A stretch of DNA of 64,000 nucleotides from an uncultured Methylomirabilota bacterium (GTDB taxonomy: Bacteria; Methylomirabilota; Methylomirabilia; Methylomirabilales; 2-02-FULL-66-22), in NCBI GenBank assembly GCA_963705305.1, contig OY970067.1, positions 1,472,001 through 1,536,000 on the forward strand. The letters run 5' to 3'. How positions within the stretch are numbered: the first letter of the stretch is position 1; every line of letters starts with the position of its first letter. The position numbers were made by a program, and so were the translations under genes. Below are positions 1-9,820 of the stretch, piece by piece. The notes under the pieces were generated by a model, which worked only from the letters and a program-made list of their open reading frames with translations, was not told where the DNA came from and searched no databases.

Positions 1-711
1 GGAGAGCGCGTAGATCAGGTAGTCGGCTCCCAGAAAACTGAAGAGGGGCTCGTACAGGGAGAGCTCCAGCTCCTGCCCGCCGCACTCTCCACGCTTCTGA
101 TGGCGGAGGGCCATAGTCAGGCCCAGGGCCAGATGCATGCCGGCGATCATATCCGCCAGGGCCAGCGGGGGGCTGGTGGGCGGCCCCCCGGGTTGGGCGT
201 TCATGTGGGTGAAGCCGCTCATGGCCTCGGCCAGCGTGCCGAAGCCGGGCTTATGGGAGCTTGGACCGGTCTGCCCGTAACCCGAGATGCGCCCGATGAT
301 GAGGCCCTTGTTGATCTCCCAGAGGGTGGCGGCGGGAAAGCCCAGGCGGTCGAGGGTGCCGGGACGCATATTCTCCATGAGGATGTCGGATTGGGCCAGG
401 AGCCGGGTGAAGATCTCCTTTCCCCGGGGATGCTTCAGGTTCAGGGTGATGGGCAGCTTGTTCCGCGAGGTGGCCAGCCAGAAGGGCTGGTGCCGCTCTT
501 CGACCACGGCCCAGTAGCGGATGGCGTCGGGAACATTCGGGGGCTCGACCTTGATCACCTCGGCGCCGTAGTCGCCCAGGAACGTGGCCCCGAACGGCGC
601 CGCCACGACCGATCCCATATCGATGATCCGGACGCCCGCGAGCGCGGCGCCCGACCGTGCCGCCTCATTCCGCTGGGCCCGAAGAAACCCTGTGAGATCC
701 GCCTCATTCAT
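1..711 (-). CDS. CoA-transferase family III (CaiB/BaiF), runs off the window edge
   Basis: Manual translation from ATG 711: MNEAD...LAGVRIIDMGSVVAAPFGATFLGDYGAEVIKVEPP, a typical CaiB N-terminus. GGAG upstream. Not in the ORF track. Confidence 0.9.
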   Translation of the reverse strand, partial: MNEADLTGFLRAQRNEAARSGAALAGVRIIDMGSVVAAPFGATFLGDYGAEVIKVEPPNVPDAIRYWAVVEERHQPFWLATSRNKLPITLNLKHPRGKEIFTRLLAQSDILMENMRPGTLDRLGFPAATLWEINKGLIIGRISGYGQTGPSSHKPGFGTLAEAMSGFTHMNAQPGGPPTSPPLALADMIAGMHLALGLTMALRHQKRGECGGQELELSLYEPLFSFLGADYLIYALS

Positions 712-810
712 GATCGCTCCCGAGGGGTTGCCGGCGTTCTTCTTCGGCAGGGCTCCTGTCTGAGAATTCCGCCCCGTGAATGGCGGCAATGGCGTTCGGC
801 CCCGTTCGCG

Positions 811-1738
811 TCACCGCAGGCGCGCCAGGGCTTCGGTCTTGCGCCGCTCCACCGCAGCCACGGCGGCGGCCTGCTCCAGGATGCGCCGCGATCGCTGGTA
901 CACCGGCGTGTCCACCATCGCGCCGGCCATGTTCACCGAGGCGGTTCCCCGCCGCAGCCCCTCTTCGAACGTCTGCACCGCGACCTGCGCGCGCTCGACC
1001 TCACGCGGGGCGGGAGAAAAAACGCGGTTCAGCACCGCCACTTGGAGGGGGTGGATGCAGGAAGCCCCCTCGCACCCGAGGTCGCGGGCCCGGGACGCGG
1101 ATCGCTCGAACGCGTAGAGGTCGTGAAAGTTGGCGATGCTTCCGAGGAGGCCGATCGGGCTCTTCCCGGCAGCCTTGCAGACCGTCACCAGCTTCGAGAG
1201 ACCGTAGAGCAGCTCGATGCCGTCCGCCGAGGGCTCGACCCCCAGCTCCAGGCAGTAATCCTCCGGCCCCAGGCCGATCGTCCGGACTCGCCGGCCGGTC
1301 GCGGCGATCGCCTCCAGGTTCAGCAGACCGCGGGGGCTTTCGACGGTCAGTTCGAGGGCGATCCGCCCGGCGGGGAGCCCCCGGCTCCTCTCCAGCCGAT
1401 CGATTCTCGCTGGCCACGCGCACGACGTTCTCGGCCGACTCCACCTTGGGAACACAGATCCCATCCACGCCGGGACGGACCGCCGCATCCAGCTCCTCGA
1501 GGAGAGCCGTTCCCTCGTTGTTGATCCGGAGAAACACCTCGCCCCCGCCCCGCCCGACCAGGGGGACGGTCTGCGGGACGAGCTGCCGGGCGCGCTCTTT
1601 CTCCGCGGACGGGACTGAATCTTCCAGGTCCAGCATGACGGCGTCCGCTCCGCGCAGGTGCGCCTTCTCGACGAACCGCGGAACGTTGATCGGCAGGATG
1701 AGGGTGGACCGCCTGATGGGACAGTCGCCTGATCTCAC
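811..1738 (-). CDS. CitE/HpcH-HpaI family acyl-CoA lyase, split by a +1 frameshift near 1404
   Basis: N-half ADAVMLDLEDSVP...RIN...VPKVES lies in one frame and C-half VESPRG...LGPEDY...CIHPLQV...MVDTPV in another. Removing one base at 1404/1405 gives 309 codons. GGAGG precedes GTG 1738. Confidence 0.85.
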
Positions 1739-2004
1739 CGCCGCGCCTCCCCTGTTTCGGGCCACGCACACGGGTCGGCGAGACGCTACCCGCGAGGACG
1801 GAGGGAAGTCAAGGAAAAAGGGCCGGAGGCCCGGGGACGAAGAAGGCGACCGCGGCGCGGCGCCGGGCCGCTTCCGGATTAGCAAATTCTAATCATGGTT
1901 TAATCCTCCTCACATCTTGTCACCCTATGCTGAGCGGGTACCCGGGGCCGTCCGCGTGTCGCGGATGGTGAGATCGGGGAGACAAACCATAGGGAGGTAG
2001 GCCC

Positions 2005-3502
2005 ATGTGGCAGCGATGGAAGCAGTGGATGACGCGCGGAAACGGGCCGCTGGCGCTGGCCGTGGCCGGCCTGTTGGTGGGGAGCGTACTCGGGCTGGGG
2101 CTCGGCGGCGGATGGGGCGGACAGACGCAGGCGCGGGCCGCGATGAGCGCTGTCGTGGCCGCGCCCCCGGCCGGAGCGCCGGTCAGCTTCGCCGATCTGG
2201 CGGCAAGCCTGGAGCCGACGGTGGTCAACATCCGGGTGATCAAGGTCGAGAGAGTGTCCGGCTCCCCCTTCCCGGGAATCGAGGGGTTCGGCCAGGGGTC
2301 CCCGTTCGGCGAGATGTTCAAGCAGTTCTTCGGGGACATCCCCCAAGGCCCCCGCGAGTTCAAGCAGCAAGGGGCGGGCAGCGGCTTCATCATCAGGAAA
2401 GACGGGCTGATCATCACCAACAATCACGTGATCGAGGGGGCCAAGGAGATCACGGTCACGCTGGCGGACAAGGAAGAGTACCCGGCCAAGGTGATCGGCC
2501 GCGATCCCAAGACCGACATCGCGCTGCTGAAGATCCAGGCCGAGACCGAGCTGCCGGCGGCTCCCCTGGGCGACTCGGAGCACCTGCGGGTCGGGGACTG
2601 GGTCTTGGCCGTCGGCAATCCGTTCGGCCTCAACAACACGGTTACGGCCGGGATCGTGAGCGCCAAGGGGCGAGTCATCGGCGCAGGCCCCTACGATGAT
2701 TTCATCCAGACGGACGCCTCCATCAATCCCGGCAATTCCGGAGGTCCGCTCTTCAACCTGCAGGGAGAGGTGGTGGGGATCAACACGGCCATCATCCCCA
2801 ACGGACAAGGGATCGGCTTTGCCGTGCCGGTGAACCAGATGAAGAGCTTGCTGCCGCAGCTGGAGACAAGGGGGACTGTCACCCGCGGGTACTTGGGGGT
2901 GAGCGTCCAGGCCATCACGCCCGAGCTGGCCAAGAGCCTGCGCCTCAAGGAGGCCACGGGGGCGCTGGTTGCCGACGTGACGAAGGGGAGTCCGGCGGAG
3001 AAGGCTGGCATCAAGTCGGGGGACGTCATCACGGAGTTCAACGGGAAGCCGGTCACCGACATGCAGGCGCTGCCTGCCCTGGTGGCATCGACGGCCGTGG
3101 GCTCCAAGGTCCCCGTGACGATCGTGCGCGACGGCACGAAGCAGACGGTGGAGATTGCGGTGGGCCAGATGCCGGGCCAGTCCGGAGAACCGACCGCCGA
3201 GGCGCCGGCGGCAACGCGGAGCACGTGGGGCCTCACCGTGCGGGACGTGAGTCCGCAAGAAGCGCATAGCCTGGGCGTGACGCCCGGCGGCGGAGTCCTG
3301 GTGGCCGGCGTAGAGCCGGGGAGCGCGGCCGACCAGGCCGGCGTGCATCCCGGAGACGTCTATCCTGGAGGTCGCGCACCAGAAGGTGACGTTGGCGAAG
3401 GATTTGCAGACGCTGGCGGCCAAAGCGCCGGCCGGCGAGCCACAGCTCCTCCTGCTTCGCCGGGGCGGCGCCAGCCTGTTTGCCGCCCTGCAGCCGAAAT
3501 AG
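2005..3502 (+). CDS. DegP/DegQ (Do) serine endoprotease with two PDZ domains; +1 frameshift at 3361
   Basis: Catalytic motifs TNNHV, KTDIAL, INPGNSGGPL. Removing T3361 restores GDVILEVAHQKV...LLLLRRGGASLFAALQPK* (TAG 3500-3502). The 663-aa track ORF is an artefactual fusion. Confidence 0.9.
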
Positions 3503-3582
3503 GTCGACTAGGGCTGGAAGGAATGCCGGTCCCTGCCGCCGCCTCGGCGGCAGGGACCGGCGCGACCGACCGGGAGACAGTG

Positions 3583-3996
3583 ATGGAAAGCATCATCGAA
3601 TATCGAGACGATCTCCCGCCGAAGAACGAGTACCCCACTCACATTATCTCGCCCCCCTATCCGTCGTCCTGCTGCCTGGACCACATGGAGCAGATCGGCG
3701 ATCCGAGCATCGATGCGGACTGGCGCTTCTATTACAAGCGCTGCACGGTCTGCGGGTACAGCGTCCGCTGCTTCTACGCTCCCAGCTTGATGGCGGTTCT
3801 CAAGGCCACCAAGAAGATCCGGCGAGCGCTGGCCGAGATGAACCTGGGCACCGGCAAGCGGAAGCGCCGTACGCGGGCCGAGATCGATGCAGAGATCGCC
3901 GCTGCGGAGCGGACGCTGCCGGAGGAGGACGAGGTTGGTCTTCAGCCGGTGCGCGCCGCCGGCCGTCACCGCGGGGACCATTCGTCGGCCGCCTGA
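3583..3996 (+). CDS. Hypothetical Cys-rich protein (CC...CxxC...C) with a basic C-terminal patch
   Basis: GGGAG upstream of ATG 3583 and protein-like composition (MESIIEYRDD...SCCLDH...RCTVCGYSVRC). Confidence 0.65.
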   Translation: MESIIEYRDDLPPKNEYPTHIISPPYPSSCCLDHMEQIGDPSIDADWRFYYKRCTVCGYSVRCFYAPSLMAVLKATKKIRRALAEMNLGTGKRKRRTRAEIDAEIAAAERTLPEEDEVGLQPVRAAGRHRGDHSSAA

Positions 3997-4244
3997 GGGT
4001 GCACCGAGGGGACGCGAAAATGGCGTCCGCCGCGCCCGACCCCCCTTCCGGACCCCCTGACAGGGACCCCCACTCCTACGTCGCCCCTCTTGTGCGGGAG
4101 TCCGCAACAACGGACCCGAGCACGGGGGCCGCGCCCGCGCGTCTTCCGCCCATCGGGATCCCGTGATACGATGTCCCGGCTTGACGGCGGCGGCCGGGGG
4201 GTGCGCGCCGCCGTGCCCGAGTAACGAAGGGGCGGCCGGCTTCC

Positions 4245-6254
4245 ATGATCCAGCTCGAAGAGGTCAACAAGTCGTTCGGCGGCCAGATCGTGCTCCGCGA
4301 TCTGACCTGGCACATCACCCGTGGGCAGCGTGTCGGCCTGGTCGGTCCCAATGGGGCGGGCAAGACGACCCTGTGCCGCGTCCTGATCGGAGAGATCGAG
4401 GTCGACTCGGGCCAGGTGCGCCGTGCCAAGTCCACGACCATCGGCTATCTGCCGCAGGATATCACCAGCGCCGGGGACGGGACCGTCCTGGGGCACCTTC
4501 TGGCGGGGTTCGCCGAAGTGCAGCGGCTGGAGGCGGAGCTGGAGCTGCTGGCCGGCGAGATGGCGGAAGCAGAGGGCGGCGCCTCCGAGGAGATCGTGCA
4601 GCGGTACGGGAATCTCCAGCATCAATACGAAGCGCTCGGCGGGTACGGCCTGGAGGCACGGGCTAAGGCAATCCTGGGCGGCCTGGGATTCGGGCCCGAC
4701 AACGTCCACGCCCCTCTGGCGGGATTTTCGGGGGGCTGGCGCATGCGGGTGGCCCTGGGGCGGCTTCTGCTGCAGGGGCCGGACCTGCTTCTCCTGGATG
4801 AGCCCACCAATCACCTGGACCTGGAGTCCCTCCAGTGGCTCGAGGATTTTCTGGGGGCCTATGAGGGGACCGTCGTCATCATCTCCCACGACCGGTATTT
4901 CCTGAACCGCGTCGTGGACCGCATCGCGGAGCTGGAGCTGGGACGCTTCGCGCTATATGCGGGGGATTACGACGATTACCAGGCCCAGAAGCTCCAGCGG
5001 CAGGAGCAGCTCGAAGCCGCCCAGCGGAGCCAAGCCGAACAGATCGAGAAGATGGAGCGGTTCATCCGGAAGTTCCGCTACAAGGCCACCAAAGCCCGCC
5101 AGGTGCAGAGCCGGATCAAGCAGCTGGACCGGATGGAGCACGTGGAGATGATCCGCGCTCCCAAACGGATCCACTTCCGCATCCCGCAGCCGTCGCGTAG
5201 CGGGACGTTGGTCGCCGAGCTGCGCCGACTTCACAAGGCTTATGGCTCCGTGGTGGTCTATGCCGGGGTCGACTTCCGCCTGCTGCGGGGGGAGCGGGTG
5301 GCCTTGGTGGGACTCAACGGGGCCGGCAAGAGCACGCTGCTCAAGATCGTTGCCGGAGTCCTGCCCTTCGAGCGGGGAGAGCGGGTCCTGGGCCACAATG
5401 TGAGCGTTCACTATTACGCCCAGCATCAACTGGACGCCCTGACCCCCCGCAACACGGTGCTGGAGGAGCTGGCCGCGGTCGCCGATCTGGCAATGCAGTC
5501 CCGCCTGCGGACCATCCTGGGGGCCTTCCTGTTCACCGGCGACGACGTGGAGAAACCGGTGGCCGTCCTGTCGGGAGGCGAGAAGAGCCGGCTGGCCCTG
5601 GCTAAGATGCTGCTGCGCCCGACCAACCTCCTGTGCCTGGACGAGCCCACGAACCACTTGGACGTCACGGCGCGCGAGGTCCTGGAAGAGGCGCTGGATC
5701 AGTTCGAAGGCTCCATTCTCTTCATCTCGCACGACCGCTACTTCATCAACCGCATCGCCACCAAGGTCGTGGAGGTGCGGGAGGGCAGGCTGTTCGAGTT
5801 CGCGGGCGACTACGACTACTACCTGGAGAAGAAGGATGTCGGTCAGCCCTCAGCCCTCAGCCCTCAGCCCTCGGCCAGAACTGTGAAGACCGAGCCTGCC
5901 GCCCATCCCCAGCCCCCGGCCCTTGGCTCCGGGCCCGAGAGAGCCGCGGAGCCGAAGGTGAGTGCGAAGGAGATCCGACGGAGCGAGGCGGAGGCACGCC
6001 AGCGGAAAAGCCGGGAGGTCGGGCCTCTCAAAACCCGGCTGAGGGAGCTGGAGTCGGAGATCGCGGCCATGGAGGGGCGCATCCAGCACCTCACCGATCA
6101 GATGGCCAATCCCGACCTGTACAAGGACGGCGAGCGGGCTCGGGAGGTGGCACGGGAGCGGAAGGGGCTGGAGGAGCAGGCGAGAGCCCTCTACAGCAAG
6201 TGGGAAGAGCTGGCCCTCAGGCTGGAGAGCGCCGCGACCGACGGCGGGCGATGA
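4245..6254 (+). CDS. ABC-F family ATP-binding protein
   Basis: Two ABC domains (GPNGAGKT/FSGGW/LDEPTNHLD; GLNGAGKS/LSGGE/LDEPTNHLD), no TM segments, C-terminal coiled coil. Confidence 0.95.
   Translation: MIQLEEVNKSFGGQIVLRDLTWHITRGQRVGLVGPNGAGKTTLCRVLIGEIEVDSGQVRRAKSTTIGYLPQDITSAGDGTVLGHLLAGFAEVQRLEAELELLAGEMAEAEGGASEEIVQRYGNLQHQYEALGGYGLEARAKAILGGLGFGPDNVHAPLAGFSGGWRMRVALGRLLLQGPDLLLLDEPTNHLDLESLQWLEDFLGAYEGTVVIISHDRYFLNRVVDRIAELELGRFALYAGDYDDYQAQKLQRQEQLEAAQRSQAEQIEKMERFIRKFRYKATKARQVQSRIKQLDRMEHVEMIRAPKRIHFRIPQPSRSGTLVAELRRLHKAYGSVVVYAGVDFRLLRGERVALVGLNGAGKSTLLKIVAGVLPFERGERVLGHNVSVHYYAQHQLDALTPRNTVLEELAAVADLAMQSRLRTILGAFLFTGDDVEKPVAVLSGGEKSRLALAKMLLRPTNLLCLDEPTNHLDVTAREVLEEALDQFEGSILFISHDRYFINRIATKVVEVREGRLFEFAGDYDYYLEKKDVGQPSALSPQPSARTVKTEPAAHPQPPALGSGPERAAEPKVSAKEIRRSEAEARQRKSREVGPLKTRLRELESEIAAMEGRIQHLTDQMANPDLYKDGERAREVARERKGLEEQARALYSKWEELALRLESAATDGGR
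5843..5870 (+). repeat. Tandem heptamer (TCAGCCC)x4 inside the ABC-F linker
   Basis: Four perfect copies read directly from the sequence, followed by degenerate TCGGCC. Confidence 0.9.
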
Positions 6255-6303
6255 CCCGGATTTTCCCTTGCCTGACTCTGAAAGCCTGGGCTACACTCAC
6301 AGC

Positions 6304-6833
6304 ATGACGAAGAACGCACTGGCGGTTCGCCGTCGGCGCGGGGCGCGCCACGCGACGCAAGGCCCCCCCCACCCCCGCCCCTCAGACTGCGGCATTACAA
6401 GCACGTCTACTGGATGACGGATGACGGCCCCATGGTCAGCGCCTACCGGGCGGTGGTCGTCCACGACGGCTGCTCGGGCTGCCTGGTCTGCGGCGCCGGG
6501 ACCACCGACTGGTTCATGGAGTTCGCCCGCCTGGCCCGCGACCTCGTCGGCATCAATCTGCGGGACTGCCTGCATTGGGGGCCGCTCCACGACAGTCCGC
6601 GGCCCTTGATCGCGCCGGCCTCCAACCTGGACATCTGCAACCGCGGGACCCTCGAGCGCCTGCGCACGGCCTACTACCGGCTGCCCGAAGAGCAGCGACC
6701 CCGCCTGGAGTCCGCGCCGCTGTCCAACGGAGGGTACATGAGCCAGGCGCAGCGGTTCGACGCCTCGGTGGCCGTTCTGCGGCGGATGATCGAACTCTGG
6801 GAGGACGGCCAGTATATCGGCTGGCCGAGCTAG
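6304..6833 (+). CDS. Hypothetical protein with a CxxCxxC motif; probable true start 6304 with a frameshift in the C-rich run 6363-6381
   Basis: Track ORF 6414-6833 extends upstream as LRLRHYKHVYW. ATG 6304 is one base out of frame across a C8 run. Promoter-like TTGCCT-18-TACACT ends 6 nt before 6304. Confidence 0.55.
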
Positions 6834-6853
6834 GGCCGGCAGACGGGAATACG

Positions 6854-6887
6854 AAACGGCTGGAGGAAGGGGCCTCCAGCCGTTTTT
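6854..6887. terminator. Intrinsic terminator between convergent genes
   Basis: AAACGGCTGGAGG / CCTCCAGCCGTTT 13-bp stem ending in a T run. Confidence 0.8.
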
Positions 6888-6914
6888 GTGTTCGCACCGG
6901 CCGCCGCCCGGATC

Positions 6915-7265
6915 TCAGCCCGGTGTCCCAAGGAGCTCGGCATAAACCTCGGGCAGGAATCCCCGGACGGCCGTTGTTCCGGCGATGAGGACCGGAATCC
7001 GCATCTGGCCGTCGAGGTGGACGAAATGGCGCCGCAGGGCTTCGCCGGGCACCTCCTCCTGATCGCGGTCCCAGAGAAAGACCTCGTCCCCCGCCTTCAC
7101 GAAGTACCGTCGGCAGGGGCGGATGATATCCAGCGTGGCGGAGGCGTCTAGCGGCTCGGCGGCGACCTCGTGGCCGGTGAAGGCGATGCCGTGGCGCGCG
7201 AGATACTCTCTGGCCTGATCGCAGGCGGAGCAGCCGTCGCGGTAATACAGACTCACCTCGGTCAT
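6915..7265 (-). CDS. Glutaredoxin/ArsC-Spx-like thioredoxin-fold protein
   Basis: MTEVSLYYRDGCSACDQAREYL...MRIPVLIAG...VRGF (CxxC and cis-Pro motif). GGAGG upstream. Confidence 0.75.
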   Translation of the reverse strand: MTEVSLYYRDGCSACDQAREYLARHGIAFTGHEVAAEPLDASATLDIIRPCRRYFVKAGDEVFLWDRDQEEVPGEALRRHFVHLDGQMRIPVLIAGTTAVRGFLPEVYAELLGTPG

Positions 7266-7333
7266 GAGAGCCTCCGAGCGCAACCCGACAGCCCTCCGGG
7301 GCAGGCGGACTCCCGCTGACACTGCTGTTGTGC

Positions 7334-8251
7334 CTAGTTTCCCTCCAGCTGGATGCTCCCCGCGATCACGGGGACGGTGCTGCCGCCGACCCGGATGCCC
7401 GTTGGCATACCGGCCGCGTCCCGGGTGACCTCGACCCAGATGCGGCTTGGCCGCCCCATCTCCACTCCCTGCTCGATCACGAAGCTTTCCCGGTCCCGCG
7501 GCAGGATGCCGTGAACGGCCAGGTAGGCCCCCAGGGGACCTGCCGCCGAGCCGGTGGCCGGGTCCTCGGGGACCCCGGCGCCGGGAGCGAACATGCGCGA
7601 GCGGACCAGCACCTCTTCCTTGGCCCCCGCCAACGCGAAGACATAGCATCCGAGCGCTCCCGCCTCGCGGAGAAGGTGGCCCAGAGCCGTCGGGTTGACC
7701 CGGATCGCCCCCAGCACCTCCCGATCGGGGAGCGCCACCATGAGATGCTCGAGCCCGGTGGACACCACCTGGACCGGAAGCGGGCTGCGGGCCAGGGAGA
7801 ACGGGTCCAGGCCCAGCGCCTCGGCCAGCGGCGTGACGTCCCGGGCGGCCCCGCCGAAGACCGGTTTGCCCTGCGTCATCACCACGCGCCCCGGCCGGCC
7901 GTCCGTCACCTCGATGTCCAGGGGGAGGGTGCCGATGCCCACCTGCTGGAAGATCCGGGTGACCGGCTCCTGCAGGGGAAACCGCCCGGCGCGCGCCAGG
8001 ACGTAGGCGGTCCCGACGCTGGGATGGCCGGCGAAGGGAATCTCGCGGGCGGGGGTGAAGATCCGCATCCAGTACGTCGCCTGCGAGTCCGTGGGCGGAA
8101 GCACGAAGGTCGTCTCGGACAGATTCATCTCCTGGGCAATGGCCTGCATCTGCCGGGCGGACAGACCCGCCGCGTCCGGGACCACGCACAGCGGATTCCC
8201 CGCGAACGGCCGGTCGGCGAACACATCCACCTGCTCGAACGAGATCCGCAT
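7334..8251 (-). CDS. PhzF family isomerase/epimerase
   Basis: QVDVF..F.GNPL, NLSETTF, EIPFAGHP, EDPATGSA motifs. Confidence 0.95.
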   Translation of the reverse strand: MRISFEQVDVFADRPFAGNPLCVVPDAAGLSARQMQAIAQEMNLSETTFVLPPTDSQATYWMRIFTPAREIPFAGHPSVGTAYVLARAGRFPLQEPVTRIFQQVGIGTLPLDIEVTDGRPGRVVMTQGKPVFGGAARDVTPLAEALGLDPFSLARSPLPVQVVSTGLEHLMVALPDREVLGAIRVNPTALGHLLREAGALGCYVFALAGAKEEVLVRSRMFAPGAGVPEDPATGSAAGPLGAYLAVHGILPRDRESFVIEQGVEMGRPSRIWVEVTRDAAGMPTGIRVGGSTVPVIAGSIQLEGN

Positions 8252-8263
8252 GGTCCCTCCCGC

Positions 8264-9427
8264 CTATCCCAGGGCTTTCCGGTACAGGGCGACAACGTCC
8301 TGCCGGTCGGGCCGGCGGGGGTTCAGCGAGATGCCGGTGACGGACCGCATGGCACCGTCGGCGAGCGCATCGATCATCCCCTCGGTGACCCCCACCTCGC
8401 GGAGGCTTCGGGGGATGCCCACGTCGGCTGCCAGCTCGCGGACCGCGTCCACCGCCAGTCGGGCGGCCTCCATGGCCGAGAGATCGTGGATGGGTTCCCC
8501 CAGCGCCGCCGCGATATCGGCGTGCCGCTGGGGGCTGCCCATGAGGTTGAACTCCATGCCGTACGGGAGGAGGATGGCGTTGGCGACCCCGTGTGGGACC
8601 TGGGCGTGGCCGGTGACTGCATGGGACATGGCATGGACCAGGGTGGTGCGGGTATTGTTGAAGCCCAGGCCCGCCAGCATGCTGGCCATGGCCATGCCGC
8701 TGAGATCCGCCAGGTTCCCGTTGGCCACGGCCGGCCGGAGGTGCTGCCCGATCATCCGGATGGCCTGGATGTTGAAAGAGTCCGACACGGGCTGGGCCGC
8801 CTGACTGGTGTAGGACTCGACGGCGTGGCAGAGCGCGTCCATCCCCGTCGAGGCCACCAGCCGCCCCGGGAGCTTCACGAGGAGGGACGGATCCACCAGG
8901 GCGACCCTGGGGATGTTGTAGGGGCTGCCGATCCCCATCTTGAATTTCTTCTCGGTGTCGGTGATGACGGTGAACTGGGTGACTTCGGAGCCGGTCCCAC
9001 AGGTGGTGGGGATGGCGATCAGCGGCGGGAGCGGCTTTCTGATCTTATCCGCCCCGAAGTACTCGCGGATATCGCCGCCGTTGGCGGCCAGCAGCCCAAT
9101 GGCCTTGGCGGCATCCATGGGGCTGCCCCCGCCCACGGCCACCAGGCCGTCGCAGCGCTGGGCTGTGTAGAGCGCGAGTCCCTTCGCCACCGTCGCCACG
9201 CTGGGATTCGGCTCCACCTCGCCGTAGAGCGTCCAGGCGATGCCCGCGGCGTCGAGCTGGGCGGTGACGAGGCCGGGGATGTCCGTCTGGGCCAGCCCGC
9301 TGTCGGTGACGACGAGCGCGCGGGAGATCCCCAGGCGGGCCGCCTCAGGTCCTACCTGCCGGACGGTCCCCACGCCGAAGACGATGCGGGGGGCCATGCT
9401 GAGCGTATAGGTCTTGCTGGTGTCCAT
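8264..9427 (-). CDS. Iron-containing alcohol dehydrogenase
   Basis: GGGSPMDAAK, PTTCGTGSEVT, DALCHAVES, HAMSH, PHGVANA. Confidence 0.95.
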   Translation of the reverse strand: MDTSKTYTLSMAPRIVFGVGTVRQVGPEAARLGISRALVVTDSGLAQTDIPGLVTAQLDAAGIAWTLYGEVEPNPSVATVAKGLALYTAQRCDGLVAVGGGSPMDAAKAIGLLAANGGDIREYFGADKIRKPLPPLIAIPTTCGTGSEVTQFTVITDTEKKFKMGIGSPYNIPRVALVDPSLLVKLPGRLVASTGMDALCHAVESYTSQAAQPVSDSFNIQAIRMIGQHLRPAVANGNLADLSGMAMASMLAGLGFNNTRTTLVHAMSHAVTGHAQVPHGVANAILLPYGMEFNLMGSPQRHADIAAALGEPIHDLSAMEAARLAVDAVRELAADVGIPRSLREVGVTEGMIDALADGAMRSVTGISLNPRRPDRQDVVALYRKALG

Positions 9428-9479
9428 GCCGTGCGCCTCCGTGTGGGGTCAATAGGGGCCGAGCATCCTTCGGAAGAGA

Positions 9480-9640
9480 TTAGCAGAGTGCTGAAAAACT
9501 CTTTTTCGATCAGGCTGCTCAAAAAGGTCCAGATGCAGGGCGCAGCGCGATCCGCGGCGCGAGGCGTACTTAACGCGCACGTCGCAGCGCCGCGGGAGCG
9601 CCGCAACGCAGCAGATGGGACTTTTTCAGCAGTCTATTAA
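9480..9640. mobile_element. MITE-like palindromic element, copy 1
   Basis: Terminal inverted repeats TTAGCAGAGTGCTGAAAAA / TTTTTCAGCAGTCTATTAA. Shares an exact 25-mer (9511-9535) with the inverted copy at 49142-49166. Confidence 0.7.
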
Positions 9641-9772
9641 GGAGACGCTATCCCCCGGGGGTACGAGGTGTCAAGGAGAGATCGATGGAGCCCGCACACA
9701 GCGGATGATCGAAGAGATCTCGTCCGGCGCCGCGGCACAGGAACACTGCCGCGTCGCTCGATCCTCATAAGT

Positions 9773-9800
9773 CTAATAAGTCTACTACGTCCCCTTATTT
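9773..9800 (+). repeat. Left arm of an AT-rich imperfect inverted repeat bounding the TA/defence island
   Basis: CTAATAAGTCTACTACGTCCCCTTATTT matches the reverse complement of 14442-14468 at 23 of 28 positions by hand alignment. Confidence 0.65.
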
Positions 9801-9820
9801 GGATGCGGCGGCTTGTGCTC

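Noticed and set aside
2005..3996. 663-aa DegP fused to a zinc-ribbon domain (ORF track)
   Set aside because: The fusion results from one extra T at 3361. The second PDZ domain finishes in another frame at 3502, and the downstream protein has its own RBS and ATG.
9766..9800. Chromosomal dif/XerCD site
   Set aside because: Only weak resemblance; it lacks the TTATGTTAAA-type XerD arm and the 11-6-11 symmetry.
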